The position numbers and the translations under genes are program-made. Of a DNA stretch of 64,000 bases, positions 11,308-22,174 are shown piece by piece (position 1 is the first letter of the stretch; each line of letters starts with the position of its first letter). This stretch comes from Picochlorum sp. SENEW3 (Eukaryota): the NCBI GenBank assembly GCA_034226945.1, contig CP120455.1, forward strand, positions 682,001-746,000, read 5' to 3'. A model generated the notes under the pieces. The model was not told where the DNA came from, did not search any database, and saw nothing but the letters and a program-made list of their open reading frames with translations.

Positions 11308-12408
11308 CTAATAATTGAAAAAGTAGAGTTTCAGAGCCAATCCCAGGGCAGCGTGCACACCAACCATGCCCAACAACAGAAACGATGCCTTCATTCCAGC
11401 AACCTCTGTAATAACCGTTTGGAAATTCCGCACTATAAAAGTACCAGATATTGCCGTTGCGACACCCACAAATACCCATCGAGCAATCTCAACTGGCACA
11501 ACACACAAGGCAGCCATGGGAATATATGACACCAAAGCATACCCATATGTACACCACACTGTCGCAAGACTCACACCAGCTTTATAATATCGAAGTATTC
11601 CATACAAAAGAACCCCAATAATACCTATATATCCGTAAAAGAGAGCCATAGACCCACCAACTTTGTCAACATCATAATACCATCCAGACCCATCTGCCGC
11701 ACCATGATGCTTCCTGTGATACGCAATATAACTAGCTGTATTCCCAGCAGCTGCTGATATAAAAATAAGAGTCGATGCAATCCAAAATGGGCCATACAAA
11801 TCCGGATTATCATTCATGTGTTCCTTGAAATCTGACTTGAAAAAGTACACCACAGGTCTATACATGCGCTCCAGCACATCCTGTGTACTAACATCAAAAT
11901 ATCCTCGATACCTCTTGATGCTATAAAATGGATACGATGATACATCTTCTATCTCCTCCGTTTCCTGTTGATTGCCAGATCGTGTCTGTGCAGCTTGAGA
12001 CGATGATGCAAATACATCCTCTGAAATCAACCTGGTCTGCTGCACAGTCTGCTCTTCTTGAAACGAGAAAAGCCCAGGGGCCTTTCGCGCCTCCTCTTCT
12101 ACTACTTCCTCTTGAACAATAACTGATTTCTTGGAGTGCACAGGTGTCCCTCTCTGTCCATCATCCACCACAATAGCTGGCACACTTTCCAAATCAGCAG
12201 TACTAAAGGGCATGTCAACATCCTCCTCCTCCTTCTTCTTCTGGTTCTCTCCACCCAAAAGATCCATATTATTATCTTTATTCCTTACATCTGATACTGG
12301 CGCAGGAGGCGGTTGAAAGGTATCTTCCATACTGAGATCAATTTCTCCAAAAGGGTCTTCAAACTCCCCAAAGGGATCGTCATCCTTTCCATTCGTATTC
12401 GAGGACAT
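11308..12408 (-). CDS. Yip1-domain Golgi membrane protein (YIPF1/2-like)
   Basis: YFDVSTQDVLER, PDLYGPFWIASTLIF, CTYGYAL; about five C-terminal TM segments. Confidence 0.9.
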   Translation of the reverse strand: MSSNTNGKDDDPFGEFEDPFGEIDLSMEDTFQPPPAPVSDVRNKDNNMDLLGGENQKKKEEEDVDMPFSTADLESVPAIVVDDGQRGTPVHSKKSVIVQEEVVEEEARKAPGLFSFQEEQTVQQTRLISEDVFASSSQAAQTRSGNQQETEEIEDVSSYPFYSIKRYRGYFDVSTQDVLERMYRPVVYFFKSDFKEHMNDNPDLYGPFWIASTLIFISAAAGNTASYIAYHRKHHGAADGSGWYYDVDKVGGSMALFYGYIGIIGVLLYGILRYYKAGVSLATVWCTYGYALVSYIPMAALCVVPVEIARWVFVGVATAISGTFIVRNFQTVITEVAGMKASFLLLGMVGVHAALGLALKLYFFNY

Positions 12409-12624
12409 GTTTATGTATATATGAGACTAGTCAAGGAGTCTGTAGTAAAACCCAACATACATGCACAGGGACAGAACACATGTGCATTTAAATGCGTCTC
12501 TAAGGAATTTAGAATATTTTCTGCAGGCGGGGCGTGGTCGGATGTGATGATGAGACATCCCTCCTCTCAAGGATCTCATCCACAGTATTGAAATATTACT
12601 TTTGCTCATCAGAATAGTGTCATC

Positions 12625-14265
12625 ATGAGGAACCGACATCGTCTCTCGACTGTCAGTCGCTTGCAGAGTGCCATCACATCTTGGGGTGCCCCATTGGTCG
12701 GGGGTATGCCCTCAATCCAACAGTACCATACACAGGGTGGGTTGATGATGGCACAGGAAAAATCTGTTTCACCTTCTACTGGCCCATCGACCGGCGGGGT
12801 TGGATTTTTTGGTCAGTTGTTGGGGAAGAGTTCGAGGGTGCAGGTTCCTCTGACGGATCCGCTTCCTGGGGTGGATGTGTCTCATCAGGATGTTCCTGCT
12901 GAAGCTCCTCGTACTGAGATGAGTACTCTTTCGAATGGCGTCAAGGTTGCGAGTGAAAATACACCGGTACGTGAATAGGGTTTCTCTGCACACCAGAGGC
13001 ATAGCACGAGTCTCATGTCTGTTATATATATTGTGTAGGGGGCCACCGCGACTCTTGGTCTGTACGTGAATAGTGGAAGCATCTATGAAAACCCTTCGTG
13101 TATGGGTGTGTCCCATTTGCTGGAGTACATGGCATTCAAGGCAACAACACATAGGACAAGTCTGCGTTTGGTGAGGGAGGTTGAGGCTATTGGTGGCAAT
13201 GTCATGGCGTCTGCATCCAGGGAGCAGATGGCGTATACGGTGGATACTACCAAGGCTACTGTACCAGAGGCGTTGGAGATATTGACGGATGCGGTGTTGA
13301 ATCCAAAGTTTGAGATGTGGGAGGTGAAGGAACAGATTGCCAAGATGGAGGAGGATGTGAAGAATCTGGAGGATAACCCTCAGACAACTCTGTTGGAAGC
13401 TGTGCACAGTATTGCGTATAATGGTGGGCTTGGAAGACCATTGATTGCGCCAAAGAGCGTAATTTCTGGTCTCTCTCCAGAAATGGTCCGTGAGTTTGTG
13501 AATGAGCATTACACTGGGCCACGCATGGTACTTTCTGGTGCTGGAGTGGAACATTCCGAGCTTGTTGGATTCGCTGAACCTCTCTTGGCTCAGGTGCCTG
13601 GTGGTGCAAGTATTCCAGAGCCACCATCACAGTATATTGGAGGAGATTGGCGCCAGTTTGCTGCTGGACCATTGACACATGGTGTTTTGGCATTCGAGTA
13701 TGCTGGTGGGTGGAATGACATGAAAGGATCCGTTGTGACGACTGTGCTTCAGTACTTGCTTGGTGGGGGAGGATCATTTTCCGCCGGTGGTCCAGGAAAG
13801 GGCATGCACTCGCGCCTGTATACTCGCGTGCTCAACCAGTACCATTGGATGCACAACTGCACTGCTGTGACATCAATCTACAACAACTCTGGTATCGTTG
13901 GTATTTTTGCATCAGCAGAATCAACACATGCTGAAGATATGGTAGCCGTGATGTGCAAAGAGATGGAAGCCGTGGCACAGGATCTGACAGAGGAGGAAGT
14001 GGAGAGGGCAAAATCTGCAGCAGCGTCCTCTGTGTTGATGAATTTGGAAAGCAGAGCTGTCATTTCTGAAGACATTGGACGACAAATTCTGACATATGGA
14101 CACAGAAAACCGATTTCAGAATTCATTACAGCCATTCAAAATGTCAAGGCATCTGATGTCAAGGCTGCCATGGCCAAGATGCTCAAAACACCACCAACCC
14201 TGGCAACCATTGGTGATATTGCAAATGTCCCACGATATGAGCTGGTGGCGAAACGATTCTCATAA
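12625..14265 (+). CDS. MPPA: Mitochondrial processing peptidase alpha subunit
   Basis: Exons 12625-12966 and 13039-14265; intron GTACGT...TGTAG. TLSNGVKVASE, HLLEYMAF, glycine-rich loop GGGGSFSAGGPGKGMHSRLY. Confidence 0.95.
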
Positions 14266-14388
14266 TTTTTTAGGATATACTTTATCGCGTAGGCCATGCA
14301 GATGAATGTGACTTGTTCTACTACGTGGCAAATATTGTAATTACACACAGAAAACATGGGGGATGAAAGAAGCACTCGAACATATACA

Positions 14389-14917
14389 TCAGGATCCGGT
14401 CGTGTAGTCTACATTCTCCTGATCCATCACACATCGCGAATGCCTCACAATAGCTTTACCAACACTATTAATCCAATCCTCCTTCTCCTTCTCAGAATCT
14501 GCAATGAAATACATGCTCACATCAGGTGTCGACACCTCAAATGCAAACGGCCTATTGATAGCTTCCTCCGCCCCCTTAATGGACAGACACCGGTCAATCT
14601 TGACCACACCCCTTGGAACAACATCTTGTGTCACATGATCAGATTTAAACCAAAACAGACGCCCATCCTTGAGCACAAACCATCTCCTCCTCCAGGACTT
14701 TAAAAACTCCCCTGTGAAACACAAAACCATAAGAAGAATGGTCAATATCTTTGTCAATACACACACTGGTGTGTATCAATACCAACAGAGAGAGTGAAAC
14801 ACACGTACCTTGCTTCATAAGCCACCCACAACGTTCGGGTTCTTCCCAGTACCGGACATGTCCAACATCCTCCCCTCTTCCGAGTATTTTGTTGAAAACC
14901 TGACTAATGTCTTCCAT
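14389..14917 (-). CDS. Small pleckstrin-homology (PH) domain protein, AtPH1-like
   Basis: Exons 14917-14809 and 14711-14389; intron 14808-14712. Spliced sequence PERCGWLMKQGEFLKSWRRRWFVLK...EKEDWINSVG. Confidence 0.92.
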
Positions 14918-15167
14918 TGAATGATACTATAGTTTTACTTTGTACAGGAATACATCTACAGGACTGTATTTTTAGATTTCTCATCATTCTGTTCCAGGTC
15001 AGATGACCATTTCTCACCCGGTGAATTTCACCGTGTTGTCTCTCTAGAGAGATCTCTCCGTGATTGTTGGTATTTTTTTATTCCTTGGACAAGGTCAAGA
15101 AGAAGAAGAAGGCTTGAGACGCATACAACATCATCAACAAACAAGTTACATCAATAGACGACTATGA

Positions 15168-16320
15168 TCAATCAAAATCCTCTCCTGCTCCATCATCATC
15201 GAATGCATCATCATCAAGATCAACATCATCGTCAAACTCAGAATCACTGTCGTCGTCCACCTCTGTCAGGAAATCGCTGAGTGAATCATCCTCATCCTCG
15301 TCAAAGGCATCCTCATCCATATCTTCCTCATCTTCATCTTGCTCCTCTTCTGCCCTTGTCACCAAGCGCATGTCGTCCTCGGTATCGGATGAATCCATGG
15401 ATTCCTCCAGGGCCTGTTCCAGCAGGCTCATGGCTGGAACTCCATCTAATTTGCTCTGCACGACAGTCTCTGGATCAGGAAGACTCTCTGTGGTATCAAT
15501 CGTGATGCCGTGCTCCCGTATTCTAATCTGAAGCATGTCTTCAGGAGTGCCTGGGGGTGCCAATCGCTTCACTGGACACTGTGCAATGGAACCATCAGCG
15601 GCATTCAGAACAAAGACATTGTCAAAATCAAGCTCATACGGCTCAGTTGACTTGATGGCGATCAAGTACACTTTCAGGACCCATGTGATGGGTTCTTTAT
15701 CTTCGAATTCGTTGCCAGGGAAAAACGAGGCCCACTCTACGTCGTGATACATGGCAGGCGGTATAGATGCTGGCATTGTGTCTGGATTCGTGGTTGGTCT
15801 GCGTGTCTCCTCAGTCACACTGTCTACGACATAGACATCGTTTAGATCTAGTATCGATGATTCTCTGTCTACTTCTTTCACTAAAAAGGAGCATCCATCC
15901 TGAAGGGTGGAACATACAAGAGGCATAAGTAGCATTTCAAGCAAACAATGCAGTTAAATGCTGGCGTACCATGTGGAATACTCTGTAGCCTTTAGGCTGC
16001 TTCTGCGCTAATGCGTTTGATCCATCATCACCATCTCCCTGAGTTTGCTGTGAATCAACACTGCTGCATACCGTGGGCCGCATGGCCGTTGTCATGGTAC
16101 GCTCGTGTTTCGGTTTCTGTGAACACAGACCACCCCATGGTCTGGCTACGAGTAGAGGCCTATCACGCTGGCAGCCCACCATCGGCATATATGATGGTTT
16201 ACATATGTCGATAATGCATCCGCTGTGGCATTTCCTGGAATATAGTACCGCGTGTCTGTTCCCTGAAAGACTTGGCATGGCATGTGATACACCTATACAA
16301 GTTCTGATTGTGTGCCCCAT
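15168..16320 (-). CDS. Hypothetical protein, probably plastid-targeted, with a very acidic C-terminal tail
   Basis: Exons 16320-15970 and 15899-15168; intron 15969-15900 (GTACGC...TTCAG) joins two ORFs in frame. No family recognised. Confidence 0.65.
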
Positions 16321-16567
16321 TGCCGTTAAGTATGTACTTTATCAATTTATTTGTTTATTTTTTACAGCATTGAGTTTACCCAGCTTCGGTGATCAATTCC
16401 TCGGCCAGATGGTTCTGAGTAATTCGGTAGTGGGTACGCTTTCGTCAATCCATTCGACATCGCTGGTAGGACATACCCCGGAATGCCATTAATTCGTCAT
16501 ATATTGTTCCATTTTACTAATTCGGAAAGAGATATTCGCAGAATTGTGATCTCAGAGGTTGCAAAGT

Positions 16568-17377
16568 ATGGTTGCCATGATCAAGTGTCCGACAGCCACA
16601 AACGATAGAGCGGTGGTGTTGCGTGGTGGATGTGGATCGACACGTACGTCCTCTACAACATACCGATGTCGTATTCAGCAGCGAAGACGAGTGCAATCGG
16701 CAGTTGTGACGAATGCCAAGCGTCAGGACTCGGTGAATACGTGGGTGGGGACCTCCTTGGCTGGAATGGCTGCATCTGTTGCCCTCATGGTGCTGGGTCC
16801 AGAATCAGCGTATGCTGATTTGAATAAATTTGAAGCTGAGCTTGGTGGAGAGTTTGGAAGCGGCACTGCGCAGCAGTATGGCGAGGCTGATATTATTGGG
16901 AAGGATTTCAGCAAACAGGATCTGAGGCGATCCAATTTTACAGCTGCAGACTGTCGAGACTGTAACTTTAAGGATAGCAAATTGGTCGGTGCATACTTTA
17001 TCAAGTCTGTGGTGGCTCGAGCGAATTTCGAAAATGCTGATTTGAGTGATACGCTCATGGACAGGGCTGTCATTGTGGATGCAAACCTGAGAAATGCTAT
17101 TCTTCAGAGAGGGGTGTTCACTCGAAGTGATTTTGCCAGAGCCGATATCTATGGAGCAGATTTCTCGAATGCCCTTGTGGATAAAGCGCAACAAATGGCC
17201 ATGTGTAAATATGCTGATGGAGTGAATGCATTCACTGGCGTTTCGACCCGGAAGAGTTTAAATTGTAGCTCAAGGAGACAATTCAAGGCATCGACCCCAA
17301 GTAACCCTGATGGACCTCAGGTGTCAAGTGAGGAGAAGGATGCATTCAGATCTTCGTTACCAACATATAGAGACTAA
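16568..17377 (+). CDS. Thylakoid lumen pentapeptide-repeat protein (TL20.3/At1g12250-like)
   Basis: Bipartite transit peptide ending AYA; mature start DLNKFEAELGGEFG.G.A.QYG.AD; A(N/D)LxX pentapeptide repeats; STRKSLNC. First in-frame ATG at 16568. Confidence 0.9.
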   Translation: MVAMIKCPTATNDRAVVLRGGCGSTRTSSTTYRCRIQQRRRVQSAVVTNAKRQDSVNTWVGTSLAGMAASVALMVLGPESAYADLNKFEAELGGEFGSGTAQQYGEADIIGKDFSKQDLRRSNFTAADCRDCNFKDSKLVGAYFIKSVVARANFENADLSDTLMDRAVIVDANLRNAILQRGVFTRSDFARADIYGADFSNALVDKAQQMAMCKYADGVNAFTGVSTRKSLNCSSRRQFKASTPSNPDGPQVSSEEKDAFRSSLPTYRD

Positions 17378-17416
17378 TTTGTGTTTGAATTTTAAATAGT
17401 GAAAGAAGAGGGTGAT

Positions 17417-18886
17417 TCATTCTTCTTTCTTGCATGTTTCTTTCAGTTCTATCCATCTGGAAAAGTATTCGGTGGATCTCATCGATTGGGACCATAATAT
17501 TTCACCAATGTAATTCTTCGAATGCCTCCATGATGTGAGATTGTCATATCTTGCATGTAGAGATTTGTGCAGTGCGGTCAGGGTGCGCTGCTTGTTGTAT
17601 AATTCATCCAAAAGACGGAATCCTTGGGCTTGGCATCGATTCCAAACATCTACATCAGTATACAAGGATATAAAGTCGTGTATGATGTCCTGCTCCGTGG
17701 CAGCTGTACCAAAACCACCCCAACTAGTGTTCTCCAAATGCGTCATCCCCTCTGAGCCAATGAGTGTTGTGATCACAGGGCATCCATAATTCCATGCATC
17801 TACAATTTTCCCTTTCAATCCTGCACCAAATCTGAGAGGTGCGAAGAGAGCCCTGTACTGCAACATCATATCGAGGGATGGAGCAAATCCATGAAACTCT
17901 ATTCCTTGTGCTGGATTGTGTAATGTTGCCTGGCTTTGGCCGTATGCTCCGTAGATGTGCAGCGATGGCAATGTATCAACACCCATGCCTTTCATGGCGC
18001 TCCTGATGGCAGGCCACAAAACACGACAAGCCCACTGTACTGAATCCGCGTTAGGAGGATGTCGGAAATTTCCAATCATCATGGCATCTTGACGCTCCCC
18101 AAATGATCTATTGTCACCACTGCTTTCAAACTTCGAAGGTCCATTGAAAAATGCAGCCTCTACCAGTCTATCTTCATCCACCCCGTAATGATTATCTAAA
18201 ATCTCTATTTCCCTCGGTGAACAGACACAGGTTAAATCACAACGGTAAATAGACGCTAATTCTCTCAAGCATGGCTCGTACGTCGATGGAGGCATGGACC
18301 GAATGACATGCCCCAGTTCAAGCTCACCCTTTTTTTTGCCATCCTGTTGTGCAATCAACCTTTGCCTCCATGTCCTCAAAAAATGCACATCTTGCATATC
18401 TAATACTCTCATCACACCAGGCATATGATCTCGAACGATATATGAAAACATCTCTTCCGCATAAAACCTGTCAAAGATGACTGTAGTTGGCTTTGTGACA
18501 TCCAAAATCCTTTTAAAATCCTCTTCTCTGTTTGCCTGACAGGAATACACCCCAACACCTTCGCGCCTTTCTAGAGCCTCAGAATGCTCATTTGGTGACG
18601 CCATAGCAGCGTAATGCACCTTGTACTCTTTTGAGAGAAAGCTCTCGATCAGATCGGATGTTCTCACGCCAGCAGCTGAAGCCGTTCGTTCAGGCCACAG
18701 AGGACTCACAAAAAGGATGGAATCATTCCTCACCCTATCCGATGTACTATGCAATCGACTTTTATGACCATGATGATGCTTGTTGGCAGAGATTTCTCGC
18801 CCAGGAATACAGGAACGTTGAACAAGCGTATGCCGCATGCGCAAAGAACCATGTCGACACGTTGCCACACGCATTACCAAACGCAT
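17417..18886 (-). CDS. GT-B fold (GT4-like) glycosyltransferase of bacterial type, with N-terminal targeting-like extension
   Basis: WPE..SAAG.R, FDRFYAEE, LDMQDVHFLR, IGNFRHPPNADSV, APLRFGAGLKGKIVDAW..G.PVITT.IG.EGM; intronless. Confidence 0.8.
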   Translation of the reverse strand: MRLVMRVATCRHGSLRMRHTLVQRSCIPGREISANKHHHGHKSRLHSTSDRVRNDSILFVSPLWPERTASAAGVRTSDLIESFLSKEYKVHYAAMASPNEHSEALERREGVGVYSCQANREEDFKRILDVTKPTTVIFDRFYAEEMFSYIVRDHMPGVMRVLDMQDVHFLRTWRQRLIAQQDGKKKGELELGHVIRSMPPSTYEPCLRELASIYRCDLTCVCSPREIEILDNHYGVDEDRLVEAAFFNGPSKFESSGDNRSFGERQDAMMIGNFRHPPNADSVQWACRVLWPAIRSAMKGMGVDTLPSLHIYGAYGQSQATLHNPAQGIEFHGFAPSLDMMLQYRALFAPLRFGAGLKGKIVDAWNYGCPVITTLIGSEGMTHLENTSWGGFGTAATEQDIIHDFISLYTDVDVWNRCQAQGFRLLDELYNKQRTLTALHKSLHARYDNLTSWRHSKNYIGEILWSQSMRSTEYFSRWIELKETCKKEE

Positions 18887-19006
18887 TCTTGTTGATAATC
18901 ACACCATGTCTGTATTTAAACAATATCTACGCAATACAAATCTACAATCAAATGAATAGAGTACAGATCGAATGATTCCACGTTGAGAAGAAACACACAA
19001 GCACCA

Positions 19007-19864
19007 TCACGATGCCAACGGATGAAATTTACGAGCCGCACGAAGCTGCGCAAGCCTCTTTCTATCTTCCTCAAACCTCTCACGAAGCTCGATAAGCTCT
19101 GCACACAGAGTAACGAAACAGATCAGCCCATGATTGAGCAAAAAACAAAAAACGATGAGGTCCAGCCACATACCTGATCGCCTCTTTTCTCGCTTCTGAG
19201 ATGCATAGAAATTCTCGTACACAGCGTCACGCCGCTGCCGCTTCTTGGCAATCTCCTGCGCCGCTGCAGGTGCCACAGCCCCGACGGTAATCCCAGATGC
19301 TTCATCCGTATTCTTCTTCCTTCCTTTATACCTCCTCACCACAGTCCAACCATCATCCTCCATCCTCGCCATCGCCTCCTCCTTTTCCCTCGCCTCTCTC
19401 TCCTCAAACTCTTCCATCCATCTATCCAACTGCCTCTGCAACGCTGCGTTCCCAGGCCTGCATGCCTTGGCATGCCCCTTGACCCAAGCCTTGAGACCAA
19501 ACAACCCCTGCCGTGGAATCCTCCGTATAATTCTAGGCTTTCCTTTCTTCGCATCCTTGATCATTTTATCAGCTCCACGCGAACTTTCAAACACGACCAA
19601 CGCGGAACTCCTCGTCGGATGCATTGCCAAGGTTGTCACTGGACCAAAGCATGTCACAAACTGAAGGCATTCCTCTTCAGTCAGTCCAGATGGTATCCCA
19701 CTTATGAATATAGTATGTTTATCATCATATTCGGGTGTTTTATGAGGTTTTATAAACATATACCGAAGAGGACTCTCGTCTGACCAGAGAAAAAAAGGCA
19801 ATGCATCGAATGCACCCACTCTATTCGCTTCTGAATCCTCAACATGGCCATGATGCTCCCCCAT
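19007..19864 (-). CDS. RRP7: Ribosomal RNA-processing protein 7
   Basis: RRM-like N-terminus; DDGWTVV, NFYASQKREK, ELRERFEEDRKRLAQLRAARKFHP. In-frame 75-nt intron 19173-19099 (GTATGT...TGCAG). Confidence 0.9.
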   Translation of the reverse strand: MGEHHGHVEDSEANRVGAFDALPFFLWSDESPLRYMFIKPHKTPEYDDKHTIFISGIPSGLTEEECLQFVTCFGPVTTLAMHPTRSSALVVFESSRGADKMIKDAKKGKPRIIRRIPRQGLFGLKAWVKGHAKACRPGNAALQRQLDRWMEEFEEREAREKEEAMARMEDDGWTVVRRYKGRKKNTDEASGITVGAVAPAAAQEIAKKRQRRDAVYENFYASQKREKRRSGMWLDLIVFCFLLNHGLICFVTLCAELIELRERFEEDRKRLAQLRAARKFHPLAS

Positions 19865-20040
19865 CCTGACTACTACTACATAAATATATCTAGATTAGAT
19901 CAGACCCGTATGGAGGTGTCTGAATTTGAGACGCATGGACAACCCCATTTCTCTTTTATTATTCATCTATTTAAGGCATGCATGCATTCAACTCATAGCT
20001 CACCCCACCATACCATCATCTACAATCTCCAATACTTTTT

Positions 20041-20889
20041 ATGAAAGGAATGCAAAGATCCATGGGTGGACTGTGTTGCAATAGTGGGCCAAGAGGTCTC
20101 TTGACATGTGGGGTGACATGCAAGCCTCGTCGTGCTCCTCACAGCGTCCCAAATGCATCAAACCTGGCAATATGTTCACGTCAAAGATTTCGTATCTGTT
20201 CGTCATCGAGTGATGGGGAGGTTCCAGAAGAGATGCATACCGAGCCAGTTGGTATGTTGGAAGCCTCAGAGGCAGCGAGCAGCATCCGTGAGGGAGAATT
20301 GATTGAAATTGGCGTGGTGGGTCCACCCCATGGTGTCAAGGGAGAACTCAAAGTACAGCCCCTCACTGATTGGCCACAAGAGCGATTAGGAACCAGAGGA
20401 TCGCGGTATTTGAAAGCTCCTGAATCGAAATTGCAGCATAGGCGTGCACAGCAGTCAGGTATTCAAAAGGTCAAGCTCATGTATGGAAGGCAATCTGTAT
20501 ATAAAGGACGAGAGGTATGGATTGTCAAGATTAAAGGAATTAATAGCCCGGAAGAAGCACAGGAGATACGTGGGTATAGCCTCATGGTGCACGAGTCTGT
20601 CAGAGAAGAACTGGAGGATGATGATGAATTCTATATTCAAGAGCTCATCGGGCTTTCTGTCGACATGGCAGAATCTGGAGAGCATATAGGCACCGTTGTA
20701 GATCTTCTTGACGGGACAGGAACGTATGATGTCCTACAAATTCGACTCGCTGCAGATGAGGAGTGCATTGCCATGCTTCCATTTGCCAAGGATATCGTAC
20801 CCATTGTGGATCTGGAACAAGGCGTTATGAAAGTCACCCCTCCGGAAGGATTGCTCGATATTTTCATGAAGAACAAAAACACAAAATGA
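20041..20889 (+). CDS. rimM: Plastid ribosome maturation factor RimM
   Basis: Transit-like N-terminus; IG.V..PHGVKGELKVQPLTD, DDEFYIQELIGL.V, LPFAKDIVP.VDL, PPEGLLD. Confidence 0.93.
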   Translation: MKGMQRSMGGLCCNSGPRGLLTCGVTCKPRRAPHSVPNASNLAICSRQRFRICSSSSDGEVPEEMHTEPVGMLEASEAASSIREGELIEIGVVGPPHGVKGELKVQPLTDWPQERLGTRGSRYLKAPESKLQHRRAQQSGIQKVKLMYGRQSVYKGREVWIVKIKGINSPEEAQEIRGYSLMVHESVREELEDDDEFYIQELIGLSVDMAESGEHIGTVVDLLDGTGTYDVLQIRLAADEECIAMLPFAKDIVPIVDLEQGVMKVTPPEGLLDIFMKNKNTK

Positions 20890-20908
20890 TGCAGATACTC
20901 ATCATTAT

Positions 20909-21643
20909 TTATACAAGTACGATCAATAGTAATACACCAATCGCCCCACCTGCCAACATGGCCAGGAAACACCAGGTACTCCGCGCACGCCTCTGACTCC
21001 TCTCCGCCCGTATCAACTGCGTGTGAGCATCATGCGTCTTGTTCGACGCCCTCGTCAAATTCGCTTCTATATCATCCACCATCTCCCCCTGATCATGCAC
21101 CAACACTGCCAAATCCTGGAATATCTGATGCACCTCCCCAATCTGCCCAGTAATCTCTGTAATCGCCCTATCCCTCTCTTCAATCAACGCTTCATTGTAC
21201 TGCACCTGATTCTCTATCCGCCGACCATCCACCAACGCGGCCATCTCCTGCACCCCTGACGAGGACTCGACTCCCTCCCGGTCACTCACGTCACCCTCCA
21301 CTTGTCGCCTCTTCTGCTCCTTCGCTTTGGCCGTCTTCATCACAAGCTCCGATCTATGCAGCACATTTTGAAAATCTCGTACTATCTTTTGAGTAGAAAC
21401 CGCGTCCTTTACCCCAGGATGCTCCTCTAAAACCCGTCGAAAGTCCTGAGCCAATTCCCCAAACGTGTGCGCCTCACCCCCCACCTTGGAATAATACTGC
21501 GCTTCATCCGTCCGTAGTATATTTGAAACGTCATTTTTCATCCTATTATACGCCGTGACTGCCTTGAAATGAATTCCTTTCAATTCTCGATTCACGCGTT
21601 CTAATTCTTCCTTGTCCCCCCTTGGGGACACCATTGCTGCCAT
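20909..21643 (-). CDS. Qa-SNARE syntaxin (SYP2/Pep12/syntaxin-7 type)
   Basis: NEALIEERDRAI...IGEVHQIFQDLAVLVHDQGEMVDDIEAN; C-terminal TM anchor. Confidence 0.9.
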   Translation of the reverse strand: MAAMVSPRGDKEELERVNRELKGIHFKAVTAYNRMKNDVSNILRTDEAQYYSKVGGEAHTFGELAQDFRRVLEEHPGVKDAVSTQKIVRDFQNVLHRSELVMKTAKAKEQKRRQVEGDVSDREGVESSSGVQEMAALVDGRRIENQVQYNEALIEERDRAITEITGQIGEVHQIFQDLAVLVHDQGEMVDDIEANLTRASNKTHDAHTQLIRAERSQRRARSTWCFLAMLAGGAIGVLLLIVLV

Positions 21644-22174
21644 TCTTACTCTTGTATAAACCTTTTATGAACACAAGAGACATAGAAGTGGCTTCCTTTT
21701 GTCGTTTTGGTTTTGGCTCAAGTCTCAAAACCTAGTCACCTGGTAGTTTCGAAACAGAGAAAAAATACCATTGCTCAGATGCATCGGTCAAATATCTCAT
21801 TGACCGATCCATTCGAATGGCATTGTTCCCCCAATGACACCACACGGTTTCTGCGAATGTTCTCTGATTTCATACCAGATAGCGCCCAGATTGTATTCAA
21901 TACTTTCTATGTTTACTTTTCAGACTGGGTCAGGACGGAATACAATGCCTCAGGTTGTACGACGACGATGATTCACTGCAACTGTCAGTTGATTTGAACT
22001 GTCGGGGTATGGACACTGATTTTGGACCAGTACTGTGTCAATAATATACTTTGATATGGTTTTATGCCGATATTGAGGCATTGTATGCGGAATTCGTACC
22101 AGCCCGTGACACATTGGTAATTTCGAGGGCGAGAGGAACAACACACGGCACGGTACAGACGAGAGTTTGGAAGG

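Noticed and set aside
12544..12580. GTGATGA plus hairpin GATGAG..ATCC/GGAT..CTCATC upstream of MPP alpha
   Set aside because: No box D is present, the stem is short, and it lies in a 216-nt divergent promoter/5'UTR.
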